From Octopus sinensis (Eukaryota), in contig NC_043002.1 of assembly GCF_006345805.1 (NCBI RefSeq), forward strand, positions 52,700,001 through 52,764,000: a stretch of DNA of 64,000 nt, given 5' to 3'. Under the pieces are notes generated by a model. That model was not told where the DNA came from, ran no database searches, and saw only the letters and a list, made by a program, of their open reading frames with translations. Of the stretch, positions 38,739 to 52,540 are shown piece by piece. The position numbers were made by a program, and so were the translations under genes. The first letter of the stretch is position 1. Each line of letters begins with the position of its first letter.

Positions 38739-38797
<59 letters not shown>
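38349..38797. repeat. (AAT)n compound microsatellite with higher-order duplication
   Basis: The block (AAT)..ATT..(AAT)..GAT..(AAC)..AGT..(AAG)n is repeated in tandem. Confidence 0.9.
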
Positions 38798-38798
<1 letters not shown>

Positions 38799-40200
38799 TC
38801 CCGTCTCTTCTATTTGCTTTTTAGCATGGGACGGGCTATTGTTATAGGAGGTGTTATTAAGCAAATAGAAGAGACGGGCTATTAGTACTTGGCGATATTG
38901 GAAATGGATAAATTGATGGAGAAATACAGGACAGAAAAATTTAAGGTAGAGTACTTACGCAGACTGAGACTGACCCTGAAGTCGAAATTAAACGGACGAA
39001 ATAAGATCGAAGCTATCAACACCTTGGCGGTTTCACTTCTTAGATATGGATCAGGGCTAATCGATCGAATGGACAGTAGATAAACTAAACAGCTTAGACA
39101 GAAAGACAAGGAAGTTGCTGACTAGATATGGGATACTCCACCCGAAAAGTGACACAGACAGACTGTATGTACCAAGAAAAAAGAGAAGAGGACTGTTTGG
39201 TTGCGAACACAGCATCAGAGCAGAAGAAAAAAACATAGCATGGTATGAAAAAATTCCACAGAACCGCTATTATTGGAAGTAAGAAGGTCAGGCTTGTGCA
39301 GGATGGAAGATCACAAAGATAAAGCACTATATGATCACTTGAGAATGAATGAAACTGAAAATAAGTGGATAAAGAAAAGAATGCATGGACAATTTCATAG
39401 GCATGTTGAATATAAGACAGACAGAGAAAAAAGATGGCTATGAATGACTAAAAGTGATTTAAAACCGGAAACGGAGGCTCTAATCTGTGCTGCCCAAGAG
39501 CAAGCACTAAGAACCAATTACATCAAGTACAGAATAAACAATACATCAGAAAGTGATAAGTGCAGAATTTGTGGCGAAATGGTGAAACCGTATGGCATAT
39601 TACCCGTCAATGTACGCCACTAGCCCAGAAAGAATATAACAGATGTCATGACAACATAGCATGGATTGTCCATTGGACACTTTGCAATAAGTAAGGACTT
39701 GACAGAGCAAAAGAGTGGTACGAACATAAACCCGAAGGCATCATCGAAAATGATAATGCAAAGATCCGATGGGATTTTATCTCCATGGGATAGAGAATAG
39801 GAAACCAGACATAGTCTTAATTGAGAAAGAAAGCAAATTATGCTGGATGATAGATATAGCATGCCCAGCTAACAACAAAGTATGCGATAAGGAAGGAAAA
39901 AAAGTCGATATATATGACAGGTTATCTTGGGAGGTTAAGCAGTTGTGGTCACTGAAAAAGGTAGTAGTAGTACCAATAATTGTCGGAGCCCTGGGAACAG
40001 TGAGTAAAAATCTTGAGAAGTATATGGAATAAATAGGGGCTACAATAAGGGTGGAGCACTTGCAGAAAACAGCACTGCTTGGAACCGCTCGAATACACTG
40101 GCTGATGCTCGAAAAATAAGGGGTATTACCTTAGTTCATAGGTAGTGAACAGCTGACACAGTAGTACATCTCCAGCGTTAGAAGCAAAGACAATATAATA
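38798..40200 (+). mobile_element. R4/Dong-clade non-LTR retrotransposon, 5'-truncated, in (TAA)n
   Basis: EYLRRLRLTLKSKLNGRNKIEAINTLAVSLLRYG; ETEALICAAQEQALRTNY; zinc knuckle CRICGE...WHI..C; restriction-like endonuclease NRKPDIVLIEKESKLCWMIDIACP; LQKTALLGTARI. TAA repeats on both flanks; frameshifted. Confidence 0.92.
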
Positions 40201-40214
40201 ACAATAATAATAAT

Positions 40215-40537
40215 AATGGTTTCAAGGGCAGCGATTCGGTGTGGGGGACATTAGTCAATTATATCGATCTCAGTGTTCAACTGGTACTTATTTTATCGAC
40301 CCCGAAAGGATGATACGCAAAGTTGATCACGGTGGGATTTGAACTCAGAACATGAAAACGGACGAAGTCCTGCAAAGCATTTCGCCTGGCGCGCTAATGA
40401 TTCTGCCAGCTCGCCTGAAATTTTGTGGATGAATGGCAAAGTCGACCCCTGTGGAATTTGAACTCAGAACATAGCGACGAGCGAACTACTGCTAAGCATT
40501 TCGTCCAGTGGGCTAACGATTCTGTCATCTCGCTGCC

Positions 40538-40540
<3 letters not shown>
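40215..40540 (-). mobile_element. Two SINE family A copies (minus strand)
   Basis: Reverse complement of the consensus; the second is 3'-partial. Confidence 0.85.
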
Positions 40541-40612
<72 letters not shown>

Positions 40613-41199
40613 TTTGAATATATTGTCTCTTTGCTTGCATGAACCGATACGCTCCAGAAGTGACTTTATTCTCTTCGTTATTCGCCAAAGCATTGTTCGG
40701 TATATGCTTACATCATTTATTTTTCCGTGAATATATATTCACTAACACTGGCATGGTTCCCATTATATGAAACCTGTAGCTCTATGACGCTTGTTTATAT
40801 AATTTGTTTCGTCTAAAACCTGAGCAGCCAGAAATAATGTGATTGATTGTTTCTTTCTAGCCTCGACATATTCTGCTGTTAAATTCTATACAGTGCTCCA
40901 TTATACACATATTTTTTTCTCTTCTTTGGCTGTTTCCTGTGAGAAAACATTGGCTTTGAGCCAATGCGGGAGTTTCTACATAAGGCGTTGGACCTACTAG
41001 AAATAGTAGTCACATATCTTTCTAAATGCACCTACTATCTTTTTTTAAAAAAATGACATTTTTGCCCTAAATACACCATATCTGAAAAGAAGATGCCGTG
41101 GTCAAGTCTGAGATGCTGTGTTGAACGTCTACTAGAACAGATCTGAGCTGGGATTAGACAATAAGAACGAAAAAATTGTCAATACATTTTTGCTTCATC

Positions 41200-41620
41200 T
41201 ACGGAGAGCTGGCAGAATCGTTAGCACGGAGGACAAAGTACTTAGCGGCACTTTTTCCGGCTCTTGAGTTCAAATGCTGCCGAGGTCAATTCTGATTTTC
41301 ATTCATTCGTGGTCGATAAATTAAGGTACCAGTGAAGTACTGGGGTCAAGGTAATCGACTACCCACCTCCCTCTAAAATTGCTGGCTTTGTGCCAAAATT
41401 TGAAAGATTTATAAAATGGCGGCGAGCTAGCAGAATCGCTACCGCATCGGACAAAATGCTTAGCCACAATTCGTTTGTCTTTACGCTCCAAATTACAATT
41501 CCTCCAAATTTTTCGGAGTCGATAAAATAAGTATCAGTTGAGTACTAGGGGTCAATGTAATCAACTCTAGTACCCTCCCACAAAATTTCAAGTTTTCGTG
41601 CCTTTAGCTGAAAGGGTTAC
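41200..41620 (+). mobile_element. Two SINE family A copies
   Basis: Match to the family consensus. Confidence 0.85.
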
Positions 41621-41734
41621 TTTTACACTCTGTATATAGCTATTCGTCTTCTTACATTGAGATAGTTTCTCAACCGTATCCCCAATTAGAAAGTCAGAAG
41701 GAATCAATATTCTATTCTTTTACTCGTTTACTTG

Positions 41735-42185
<451 letters not shown>

Positions 42186-42502
42186 GCCTCTGTCGATAAA
42201 ATACTCATATTTTTGCATTGCTTTATTTCACTCCACAATTGAACGCAGTTCTGTGTACCTTGCATATGTAGTGTTTCACTTTGCCTTTGTAGTTTCCATG
42301 GCATTGACAATATTGCATATATGTACAGAAGTATTGATTTTTTTTTGTATGTTGTGCATAAATCCTGGGGTTTTATCTACTTATTTGTATTTTTTAAATA
42401 ATTTTTTACGTGTCAATAATTATTGGGTTTCTTTCTGCTTTCAATCCCTACATTCTGGAGATCTCTTCACATATTCAAATTTGGATACGATTATTTGCAT
42501 AT

Positions 42503-42888
42503 TTATTACCTCAGCCTTAACGAAGGCGGAGGTATTGTTTTCAGTCGTGTATGTTTCTTTGTTTGTTTGTTTGTCTGTGGACAAGATATCTCAAGAACCG
42601 CTGGATGGAGTCAGATGAAACTTTCAGGGATGTTTGGCCTTGTGAATGGTACGAATTGATTAGATTTGGGGATCGATCCGGTATCGAACAAGGATTATGG
42701 ATTATTTTTCCAGTTTTTTTTTTTTACTTAATTTTTGAGAGCGGTCGGGCTCATTTTTAGTATTCTCGTTTGTGAGAGCAGTCGAATTTATTTAAGATAT
42801 GCTCATTTTAAAAATCATGTCTGGCTAATCGTTGAGAGGTCGTTGGTGTTGCCTTGGCGGAGGTTTGCGCTCTCTGAGTGCTCTTGTT
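42503..42888 (+). mobile_element. Helentron/Helitron2-type non-autonomous element (HINE/DINE-1-like)
   Basis: 5' ttattacctcagcctt(aacg)aaggcggaggt hairpin, (GTTT)n, 3' subterminal ccttggcggagg, 3' hairpin gcgctctctgagtgc, ending in TT. Confidence 0.8.
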
Positions 42889-42974
42889 CTCAATACATCC
42901 AGCCAGATTCAAACGTCTATATACTAGTCACTGCTGTGAGCAACCACCTTTTACGATGATAGGGTCATACTCGT

Positions 42975-43203
42975 CTAACTGGCATGAGGGATTCTGAAAC
43001 ATTGGTGTTTCGACACATGTTGTGTCTCTTCAACCAGTAGTACCCAGACTTTTAAGCCTGTCTCACTATACTGATCAGCATACAGTTTGTTCGCTGAAAC
43101 AAAGCCAGTGACTTGTTTAGACTCAAAGGTCCGGGTACAACTGGTTGACAAGACACAACATGTCTCGAAATACCGGTATTCCAGATTCCCTTGCGCCAAT
43201 TAG
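42975..43203. repeat. Fold-back element (arms about 90 bp) with a decayed hammerhead motif at the apex
   Basis: Left tgtttcgacacatgttgtgtctcttcaaccagtagtacccagac vs reverse complement of right tatttcgagacatgttgtgtcttgtcaaccagttgtacccggac; similarity extends outward to ctaactggc / gccaattag. Confidence 0.85.
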
Positions 43204-43651
43204 CCTAGTATCCTATGAATATACTGTCGTTTTAAAAGGAAGCTGCTCTGTTTTGATGTTCCCAGCAGTGGATAGCATATTTTGCGTCTGAACCTGCCTG
43301 GACGTATTAAGAATAAATGTGCAAATAATCGTTTCCGATCTCGCTGTATACTGTGCAAATAACGTTTTTTTTTTAATATTTGAATAATCTCACTATTTCA
43401 TTAAGCTATATATTATCGTCCGGGATACGTCGATGAGAAAGCGCTTTCTTCTTCGATCGTCCTCAATGATATCTGGTTCATACTCATTATTTCCCATGTC
43501 TATATTAATTGGCATATTCCAGACTATTACTGCTCTTTTGTGGCCGCTATTTCCTGTGGGACCTTTCTCTGGTGCATACCATCTCCTTTCTGTCTTTGTT
43601 TCATAATTCTAGCACAATTTCCACTGAACGATGCTACAACTGCCATGCCTC

Positions 43652-43764
<113 letters not shown>

Positions 43765-44261
43765 GAGAGAGAGGTGAGGTGTAATTTACTTCAATAAATG
43801 TATTTTCTTTTTATCCTTTACTCAGGAAGGAAGGCATGAAAATCCACAGGTCCTTGGAGATTGATGAGAAGGAGGGGAGGATCTGCAAACAGGAAACCTG
43901 GCCAGAATGCTTGTAAAAGAGTGAACCCGACTAAAGGCAACCAAGGTGATGATGTTAAATAAAGCAATGGATTATGCTGTCGCCGTCGTCGTAGTCGTAA
44001 TCTGGTCGTGGTTGTTAACCATGGCTATCTTTACCATTTCTTCTTACTGAGTTCATAAAATTAAATAGCAGTCAATTATTTTGTGTCGGTTTCATCGTAT
44101 GGTCACTTTTCTCGAAATTTGTATCTTTGTGCTTAAGTTATGAACTATTTAAAACCAATAAAATCATCAGCAGCAACAACAGCTGCAGCAGCATGAGGGA
44201 GAGAGGGAGGGGAGAAGAAGAAGCGAATGGACATCTCTAAAAGAGATCTGCGAAGAAGAAC

Positions 44262-44308
<47 letters not shown>

Positions 44309-44354
44309 GGTGGTGGTGGTGGTGGTGGTGGTGGTAGTGGTGGTGGTGGTGGTG

Positions 44355-44395
<41 letters not shown>

Positions 44396-44396
44396 T

Positions 44397-44431
<35 letters not shown>

Positions 44432-44432
44432 T

Positions 44433-44463
<31 letters not shown>

Positions 44464-44498
44464 CGGCAGCAGCAGCGGCAGCAGCGGCAGCAGCAGCG

Positions 44499-44535
<37 letters not shown>

Positions 44536-44545
44536 TAGTAGTAGT
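44262..44545. repeat. (TAG)/(TGG)/(CAG) compound trinucleotide repeat
   Basis: Directly visible. Confidence 0.95.
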
Positions 44546-44656
44546 GTGAATCAGTGACAGTATCAGGCCCTCCTCTGCTATCGAGCACATTCAGGAGCAA
44601 GCTTATGTCACAAGTTTGTTGACTGCGGTTTTCTCTGCATCCGGTCATGTGATATT

Positions 44657-44692
<36 letters not shown>

Positions 44693-45884
44693 CGGTTATG
44701 AATACACTGCACCTAGAAATTTCTCGGTCCTCCCCTCTTTCTTTTTCCCTCTGTTTCCCTTTTTTGGTGCCCATTTGAAAGCTGTTTTAGGACGGCGTTG
44801 TTCTGGTAGCTGGAGTATATGAATCATGAGACGGTATAAATAACAGCTAGATGTTTTTTACTAAGGACATATAAGCAGTGTAAATGTTGTGGTAAACCCA
44901 AGATCGACCTCCCGAGTTAAGTGTCTTGTTTCACCTACAAAACTCTAATTCAAATTAAACACTAACTGAAGTAAATTTATTACAAAACTACAATATACAG
45001 TCAGGGCTGTTTATTCTATAGAGCTTTGCGGTATGTGTCCTTTTGCTTACATGAAAATTAATGGCTTTCCCTCGGCTTCGCTGATGCATCTTCAGCTGAT
45101 TGGTCAACTAAACCATCTGCTCATTGACTGCGTGTCAGTGGTTAAACATTTCGCAGATTCGTACCCTTAAGTACCTTTAACATATTTCTCAGGCGGATTC
45201 AGCGTGACACAATTTGTGAAAACGCTGGACTTTTAAGTTACATGTGTTGTCCCTCCGACAGCCTTTTATACAGTTTCGTCTACCTAATTTCTTTTCGAAA
45301 TGCTTGGCTCAACTCTAAATTATGGTAAAAGATATTTACCAAAGTTGTCACAAAGTGAGATGGAACCCCGAGACATTGTGATCGCAAAACAAACAGACGT
45401 ACAGAATGGGCGAAACGGTAAATGATCGAACAAACAGCCGGTCGAATAAATGATGTGATGGATATGAGACAATGGATATTTGGCAAAGAAATGAGTGAAC
45501 GAAAGAAGGGACGTAATACAGAAATGAATGAATGAATGAATGAATGAATGAATGAATGAGTGAATGAATGAATGAATGTTCGTGTAAATGAACAGGAGCT
45601 AAATTATTTAATAAATGAACGAGCACATGAATGACACAATGATCTGATAGATGTGTAGGGAAACGTAAGAATGAAAGAAAAAAGCGAGTACACGGATGGA
45701 GGAATAAACTGAATAAATGAATGGAGGATTGAGGGTATGAATGAATGGGAGAATGGACGAATGAAAGATGAACGAACGGAATAGACGAAAAGATACAAGA
45801 ACGAATAAATAATCCAGTCACCTGATTATTGTTTCTTTGAATGAAGCAATCGTTAAAGGATTTTGGTTCAACAAAGAGTTAGCT

Positions 45885-46275
45885 AAGCGCAAGCCTGGCT
45901 GTGCAGTTAAGAAGCTCGCTTTGCAAACAACTGGTTTCTGGTTCAGTCCTACAGCGCGACACTTTGAGCAGGTGATTTCTGCTATAGCCCAGAACCGACC
46001 AATACGTTGTGAGTGAATTTGGCAGACGGAAACTGTAATGAAGCCCGTTGTATATGAGTAAGTCCATCCGCTTGTGTCTGTGTTTCTGTCCCCTTTCCAC
46101 CGCTTGACAACTGGTGCTAGTTTTTTTTTTATGTCCCCGTAAGTTAACAGTTCGGTAAAATAAACTCATAAAGTAAGTACCAAACTTTAAAAAGCGTAAG
46201 TACTTGAGGTGATTTATAAGTCTAAAACTCTTCGAGGCGGTACCTCAACATGACCGCAGTCCAACGACAAAATTA
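45885..46275 (+). mobile_element. SINE family B
   Basis: Match to family B. Confidence 0.8.
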
Positions 46276-46439
46276 ATGAATGGATAAAGAAAATTATCTG
46301 AAAAACAACATAAACCAAATATAATTTAAGTCAGTACAGGGATTTTAAAAACTGTGAAGAATCGTATTTTAAGTGTTTAGCAAAGAGTTAGCAATAGAAA
46401 ACAATAGATAAGAGGGTAAACTATTTAGCATATTAGAAG

Positions 46440-47516
46440 AGACGACTAAAAAGGGCATTGTAACCGATGTGTTAGCGGCGAGAAAGATTCTTGATAATTT
46501 TTTCGAAGCAAAACACGAAGGTTGCGTTGTGAGAGCTAAGGCCCGTGCGCTCAAACAGGAAGGAACTAAAGCTGTCCGACGGGCTCGAACGGTGGAAACG
46601 CTACGTGGAAATAAAACCACGATCAAGTCTTTGACGGATCGGGATGGGCGCGTGCTACACGACTCTGAGTAGAGGTGAGCGGCTTTTCAGAAACACTTCG
46701 TGCAGCTGTTTAGAGAGGACGATGTGTCGACGACAGTACTGGACTTTAGTTCGTACCTGGACGGCTTGCCGAGGCTCTCGGCAGCTGACGCGAGGTTATG
46801 TGAAAGGCCGATAACAACCGCTGAAATTTAGGAGGCAATGAGCAATTGCACAAGTTGCAAATCGCCTGGTTTGGTTTTCTGCCCGACGAATTCTATTTAT
46901 TCATGCCAGATTTGTTTGACGACCTCTTGGCAGGCGTCTGCTGCAACTGGCAACAGAACGGGAGAATTCCTAGTGCTGTGTTCAGAGGTTTGGTTACACG
47001 GCCGAGGAAGGACACCGACAATGGGGACGACTAGAGAATTAAACACAGAGTTTAAAATTTTGGCCAAGGTGTTAGCGTAAAGGTTGGCGCTTGTCGTCGG
47101 TAGCTTGGTTGGAGAATTGCAAATGGGCGTATTCCCGAGAAGGTCTATCCACGACAACCTCCACCTGATGCGATACATCATAGAGAGGGCTGGAACCACA
47201 GCTGGCTTCGAGGGTGCTCTGATCCATTTGGATCAATCAAACGTATTTGATAGGATCGACAATCGCTACTTAGAGGCCACCCTGAAAGCAGTCGGTTTCG
47301 GACCCGTTTTCAGAGGCTGGATCGCTGCAATGTACAACGGCACGGCCACCTATTGGAACCGTTTGATATTGCACGCTCAGTCGTTCAGAGCTACCTGCTG
47401 TCACCTCTTCTATGCGTATTGGCACTTGAGCCACTTTTGCGGAAATTGGAACAGCTAAGGGGATGCCTTTCGAACTGGGGCAAGGAAGGTAGGAGTCAGC
47501 ATACACAGACGACGTG
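46440..47516 (+). mobile_element. Tx1/L1-clade LINE fragment (tether plus RT N-terminal half), decayed
   Basis: KSPGL; LNTEFKILAKVLA*RLALVVGSLV; RSIHDNLHLMRYI; LIHLDQSNVFDRI; LSPLLCVLALEPLLRKL; ends exactly at SAYTDDV (YADD motif), followed by (GATA)n. Confidence 0.88.
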
Positions 47517-47517
47517 T

Positions 47518-47600
<83 letters not shown>
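47517..47600. repeat. (GATA)n microsatellite
   Basis: Directly visible. Confidence 0.97.
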
Positions 47601-47724
47601 TACATACATATACATACATATAACATATATCGACCAGATCATGGGATATTGTGAAAAGCCACTGATCACAATGCGCTTTCTCATAACTTTCAAATGATGT
47701 CACATGCCTGACTAGGCAGACAAG

Positions 47725-47910
47725 CTAACATTTCCCGTGAACGGAGCGCCAGTCTGTCGCAGGGTTGCTCATTTACAGCTGAGTGGACTGGAGCAACGTG
47801 AAAGGAATTGTTTTGCTCAAGAACACAGCCCACCGCTGGTCTAGGAATCGAAATCGCAATCTTAAGACCTTGATCGCAATAACCTAAGCATTAGGCCACT
47901 CATCTTCACA
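47725..47910 (-). mobile_element. SINE family C, partial
   Basis: cagctgagtggactggagcaacgtgaaa...ttgctcaagaacaca is the reverse complement of 19105-19160. Confidence 0.8.
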
Positions 47911-48681
47911 CGTATACACGCATACATACATACATGCATTCACATGCACATATATACACACACATACACGCATACATACATTCATACATACATACATTCA
48001 TACATACATACTGTAGGTTTAAAACATTTATTTCCCACTCATATTTTAGGAATAATATGATATAAATGTTTTGTGTATAAAAGATTAAGTCGTTAAGTCT
48101 TCGATTTCGTTCCATAGTTTATCAGTCAATTGTTTTACGATTAATATCAATATTGTGCACATAAGAGATTACATGTGAACATTGCTGTTCCATAGTTAAG
48201 CGTTAAGTACATAGACTGTGGCAGAATAATACTACAGATTAGTGAATGATTAACTGACATTACAGAGGAACAAAAGGAATTTGAGTATGGAAAGAGGCAA
48301 CGCAAGAGTATTTTTTAGGAAATATTATGTGGAAGAAGAATAAATTGGCGGGATGCTTAGAGACTTATTACGTTACTACGCAAGAGTGTGTATGTGTGGA
48401 GTATTGTATTTATGTACATATGTATGTATGAATATATGTATGTATGTATGTGTGTATGTTTGTATGCATGTATGCTTCTAGGCATGTATGTATCTATATA
48501 TATACATTTATATAAATTAAATTAGAGATAAAACCACTATAGGCAAATCAGTGAAAAACATAAACCAAATATAGAAATAAAATTAATTAATATATATAAA
48601 AAATATAAAATCTAAAATTCAAAATTTAAATTATTTTTAAATTTAAAGTAAAAAATTTTTAATTATTATTTATATTTATAA

Positions 48682-48754
<73 letters not shown>

Positions 48755-48810
48755 TATATTATATATATATATAATATATATAACTATCAAAAAGTATATA
48801 TATATATATA

Positions 48811-49053
48811 CAGTGGCGGACTGGCCAGGTTGCCAGCTTGCCCGATAGCAAGTGGGCCCCTGCGCCATAAGAATCCCTATAGGGGGACCCATGTTAGTAT
48901 CTAAGGGGCCCATCCCCTCAAGTTTTATTCACTCCTGGAAGAATGCATTAATTATTTCAGCCTGGATGTGATTGTACAGTTGAAAAGAATACTTTTAACA
49001 AACAAAAAATTTAGTGATAGTATTGTAGTCTCCTGGCAAGCAGTCCGCCACTG
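48811..49053. mobile_element. MITE (243 bp), hAT-like TIRs, inserted in (TA)n
   Basis: 13-bp perfect TIR CAGTGGCGGACTG / CAGTCCGCCACTG; flanks tatatata / tacatata. Confidence 0.85.
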
Positions 49054-49245
49054 TACATATATATATATATATTATATATATATATATATATATGACTTTT
49101 ATCTTTTACTGTTTCAGTCATTGTACTTTGGTCATACTGGAGCACCGCCTTTCGAGGAACCTCTACGCTACGGGGACGTAAAGAAACCAACACCAATTGT
49201 GAAACGTGGAGCAAAAAGAAAACATACACTTGTACATATATGTAC

Positions 49246-50421
<1,176 letters not shown>

Positions 50422-50531
50422 GTGTGTGTGTGTGCATATATATATGAGACAGGCTTACAGTTTCCTTCTGCAAAATTCACTCACAAGGCACTTTTCAGAC
50501 CGGAGTTAGTATATATATATATATATGTGTG

Positions 50532-50568
<37 letters not shown>

Positions 50569-50589
50569 CCATGATCTAACTAATTTCAG

Positions 50590-50790
50590 CAACCTACACA
50601 CACTGGAGAATCCAGCGAAGCACACTAAAGATGACATGGACGAAACAAATTGAGGAAGACCTAATGTCGCAGCTCCCTCATCTTGAAGCATGCTAACGTC
50701 AACACCATAGATCGAAAAGTGTGGTGTAGCATCATCACTAATGTCCGTCATCCAGGGGCACCTACAGCAGCGTATTGGTTGAGAGGACAA
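50590..50790 (+). mobile_element. RTE-type LINE 3' end fragment
   Basis: KMTWTKQIEEDL ... IDRKVWCSII resembles the RTE C-terminal GRPxxTWxxxIxxDL...DRxxW motif. Confidence 0.5.
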
Positions 50791-51785
50791 CCCCTCTTCC
50801 TCTGGTTGCCTGCTAGGGCATTTTTTTACATTTGAGATCGGTTATCACTTTCTCACTACAGGTAGAATATTAGCTTACGGGTATTTATATTATACACAAA
50901 CCAACTAAGTCAGACAGAACAAAACTGGTTTGCCTAATTTGCACAAACATCTGAGCAGTGGAAGCCTGCATTAATTAATTGAAAGAGAAAAACATCACCT
51001 TAGGAGAGAGATTTAATGTAAACTTACAAATTGTAGCATACACCAAACACACATTTTAGTCCGGTAGGGGAAAGTACATACTATTCTTAAGTTTTTCTCT
51101 CTATGACTTTTTACTGCAGCTCCTCAGATACTGGTTACTCACTTCCTAGTCACAGAGAGAATAGTAGCTTAAAACTACTTAAAGCAAATACAAGATGAAC
51201 AGTTCATACCAGGTCTTGGTAATTTTGATAACTACATAAATATTAGCAACAGAGAGAAAAACCATCTGGTTGAACAACACTATCTACCTTTTACAACAAG
51301 GTTTAAAATGATTTTACTGAGGACATAAGCTATTAGGTTTATCATACATCTCTCTCCCTTTGTCTTCTTCATACTATATGAATACACACACACACACACA
51401 CATACATATCTATGCATATGTTATGTGTGTATGTGGACTCGTATATATGTAATATGATATACATATACATATATGTATATCTATGTGTGTATGTATATAT
51501 ATATATATACATATACAAACTGGGACAAGAACGCAAAACATTTAGAAGACGATACAAAAGACACGGACGGTACATTCGAAGCCTTCAATCTTCAGTCAAG
51601 AACCGGATCATCCTCGCAATTTCGGCTGATTAATCATGAGATTGCTCCAATCTGGCCAGCCCCAAGGAAAAACTAAGCTAAGCGCATTAGATTCCTTGGA
51701 AAAAAAGCTTCGAATGTATACAAAACAAGGACTGAAAAACAGACGATGTTACATGAATATGAATACAAAAATAATACGTAAAAAC

Positions 51786-51865
<80 letters not shown>

Positions 51866-51870
51866 TGATG

Positions 51871-51937
<67 letters not shown>
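51786..51937. repeat. (AAT)n microsatellite
   Basis: Directly visible. Confidence 0.95.
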
Positions 51938-51939
<2 letters not shown>

Positions 51940-52184
51940 GGACATCACAAACAGGCGTCTTTCGACATAGACGAATTAAACTCAGCTGGCGTGTTAGGAA
52001 TGTGTCTTGGGGCAGAGAAAAAAATGTTGATGTTACCACATATATATACATATATATAGATATACATATATATATATATATACACGTATGTATATGTATG
52101 TATATATATGTATATGTATGTATATTTGTGTGCCTCAATGTATGTATATAGGGGGAGAGTGAGAGAGAGGGGGAGAGAGAGAAC

Positions 52185-52228
<44 letters not shown>

Positions 52229-52412
52229 TAGGCATTTCAGTCACGACTATCTCCTCCTTTCAGAAGAGTATAGAGCCCCATTATTTTGTGTTTTCCCTTT
52301 TTTTATTTGAAGTATAGAATACGGGTTGAGAGTTTGGCTGTACTTTCTAGGGTGTTGAATCGGCAACGTGGAGGATCCCCTTTCTCTTTGCTTGAACCTC
52401 CTTGTAGATTCT

Positions 52413-52492
<80 letters not shown>

Positions 52493-52497
52493 ATCTA

Positions 52498-52540
<43 letters not shown>

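Noticed and set aside
694-41620. Recurring SINE cores as a CRISPR-like array
   Set aside because: The copies are dispersed, diverged and on both strands, with no regular spacers or cas genes, and the context is eukaryotic.
45065-45100. Minus-strand CTGAAGA-tgcatcagc-GAAG as a hammerhead
   Set aside because: GAAA is broken and there is no cleavage site or stem I partner.
51520-52030. TA-flanked segment with minus-strand CTGAAGA
   Set aside because: There is no valid stem II or GAAA; it is probably an interspersed repeat, but I cannot classify it from this window.
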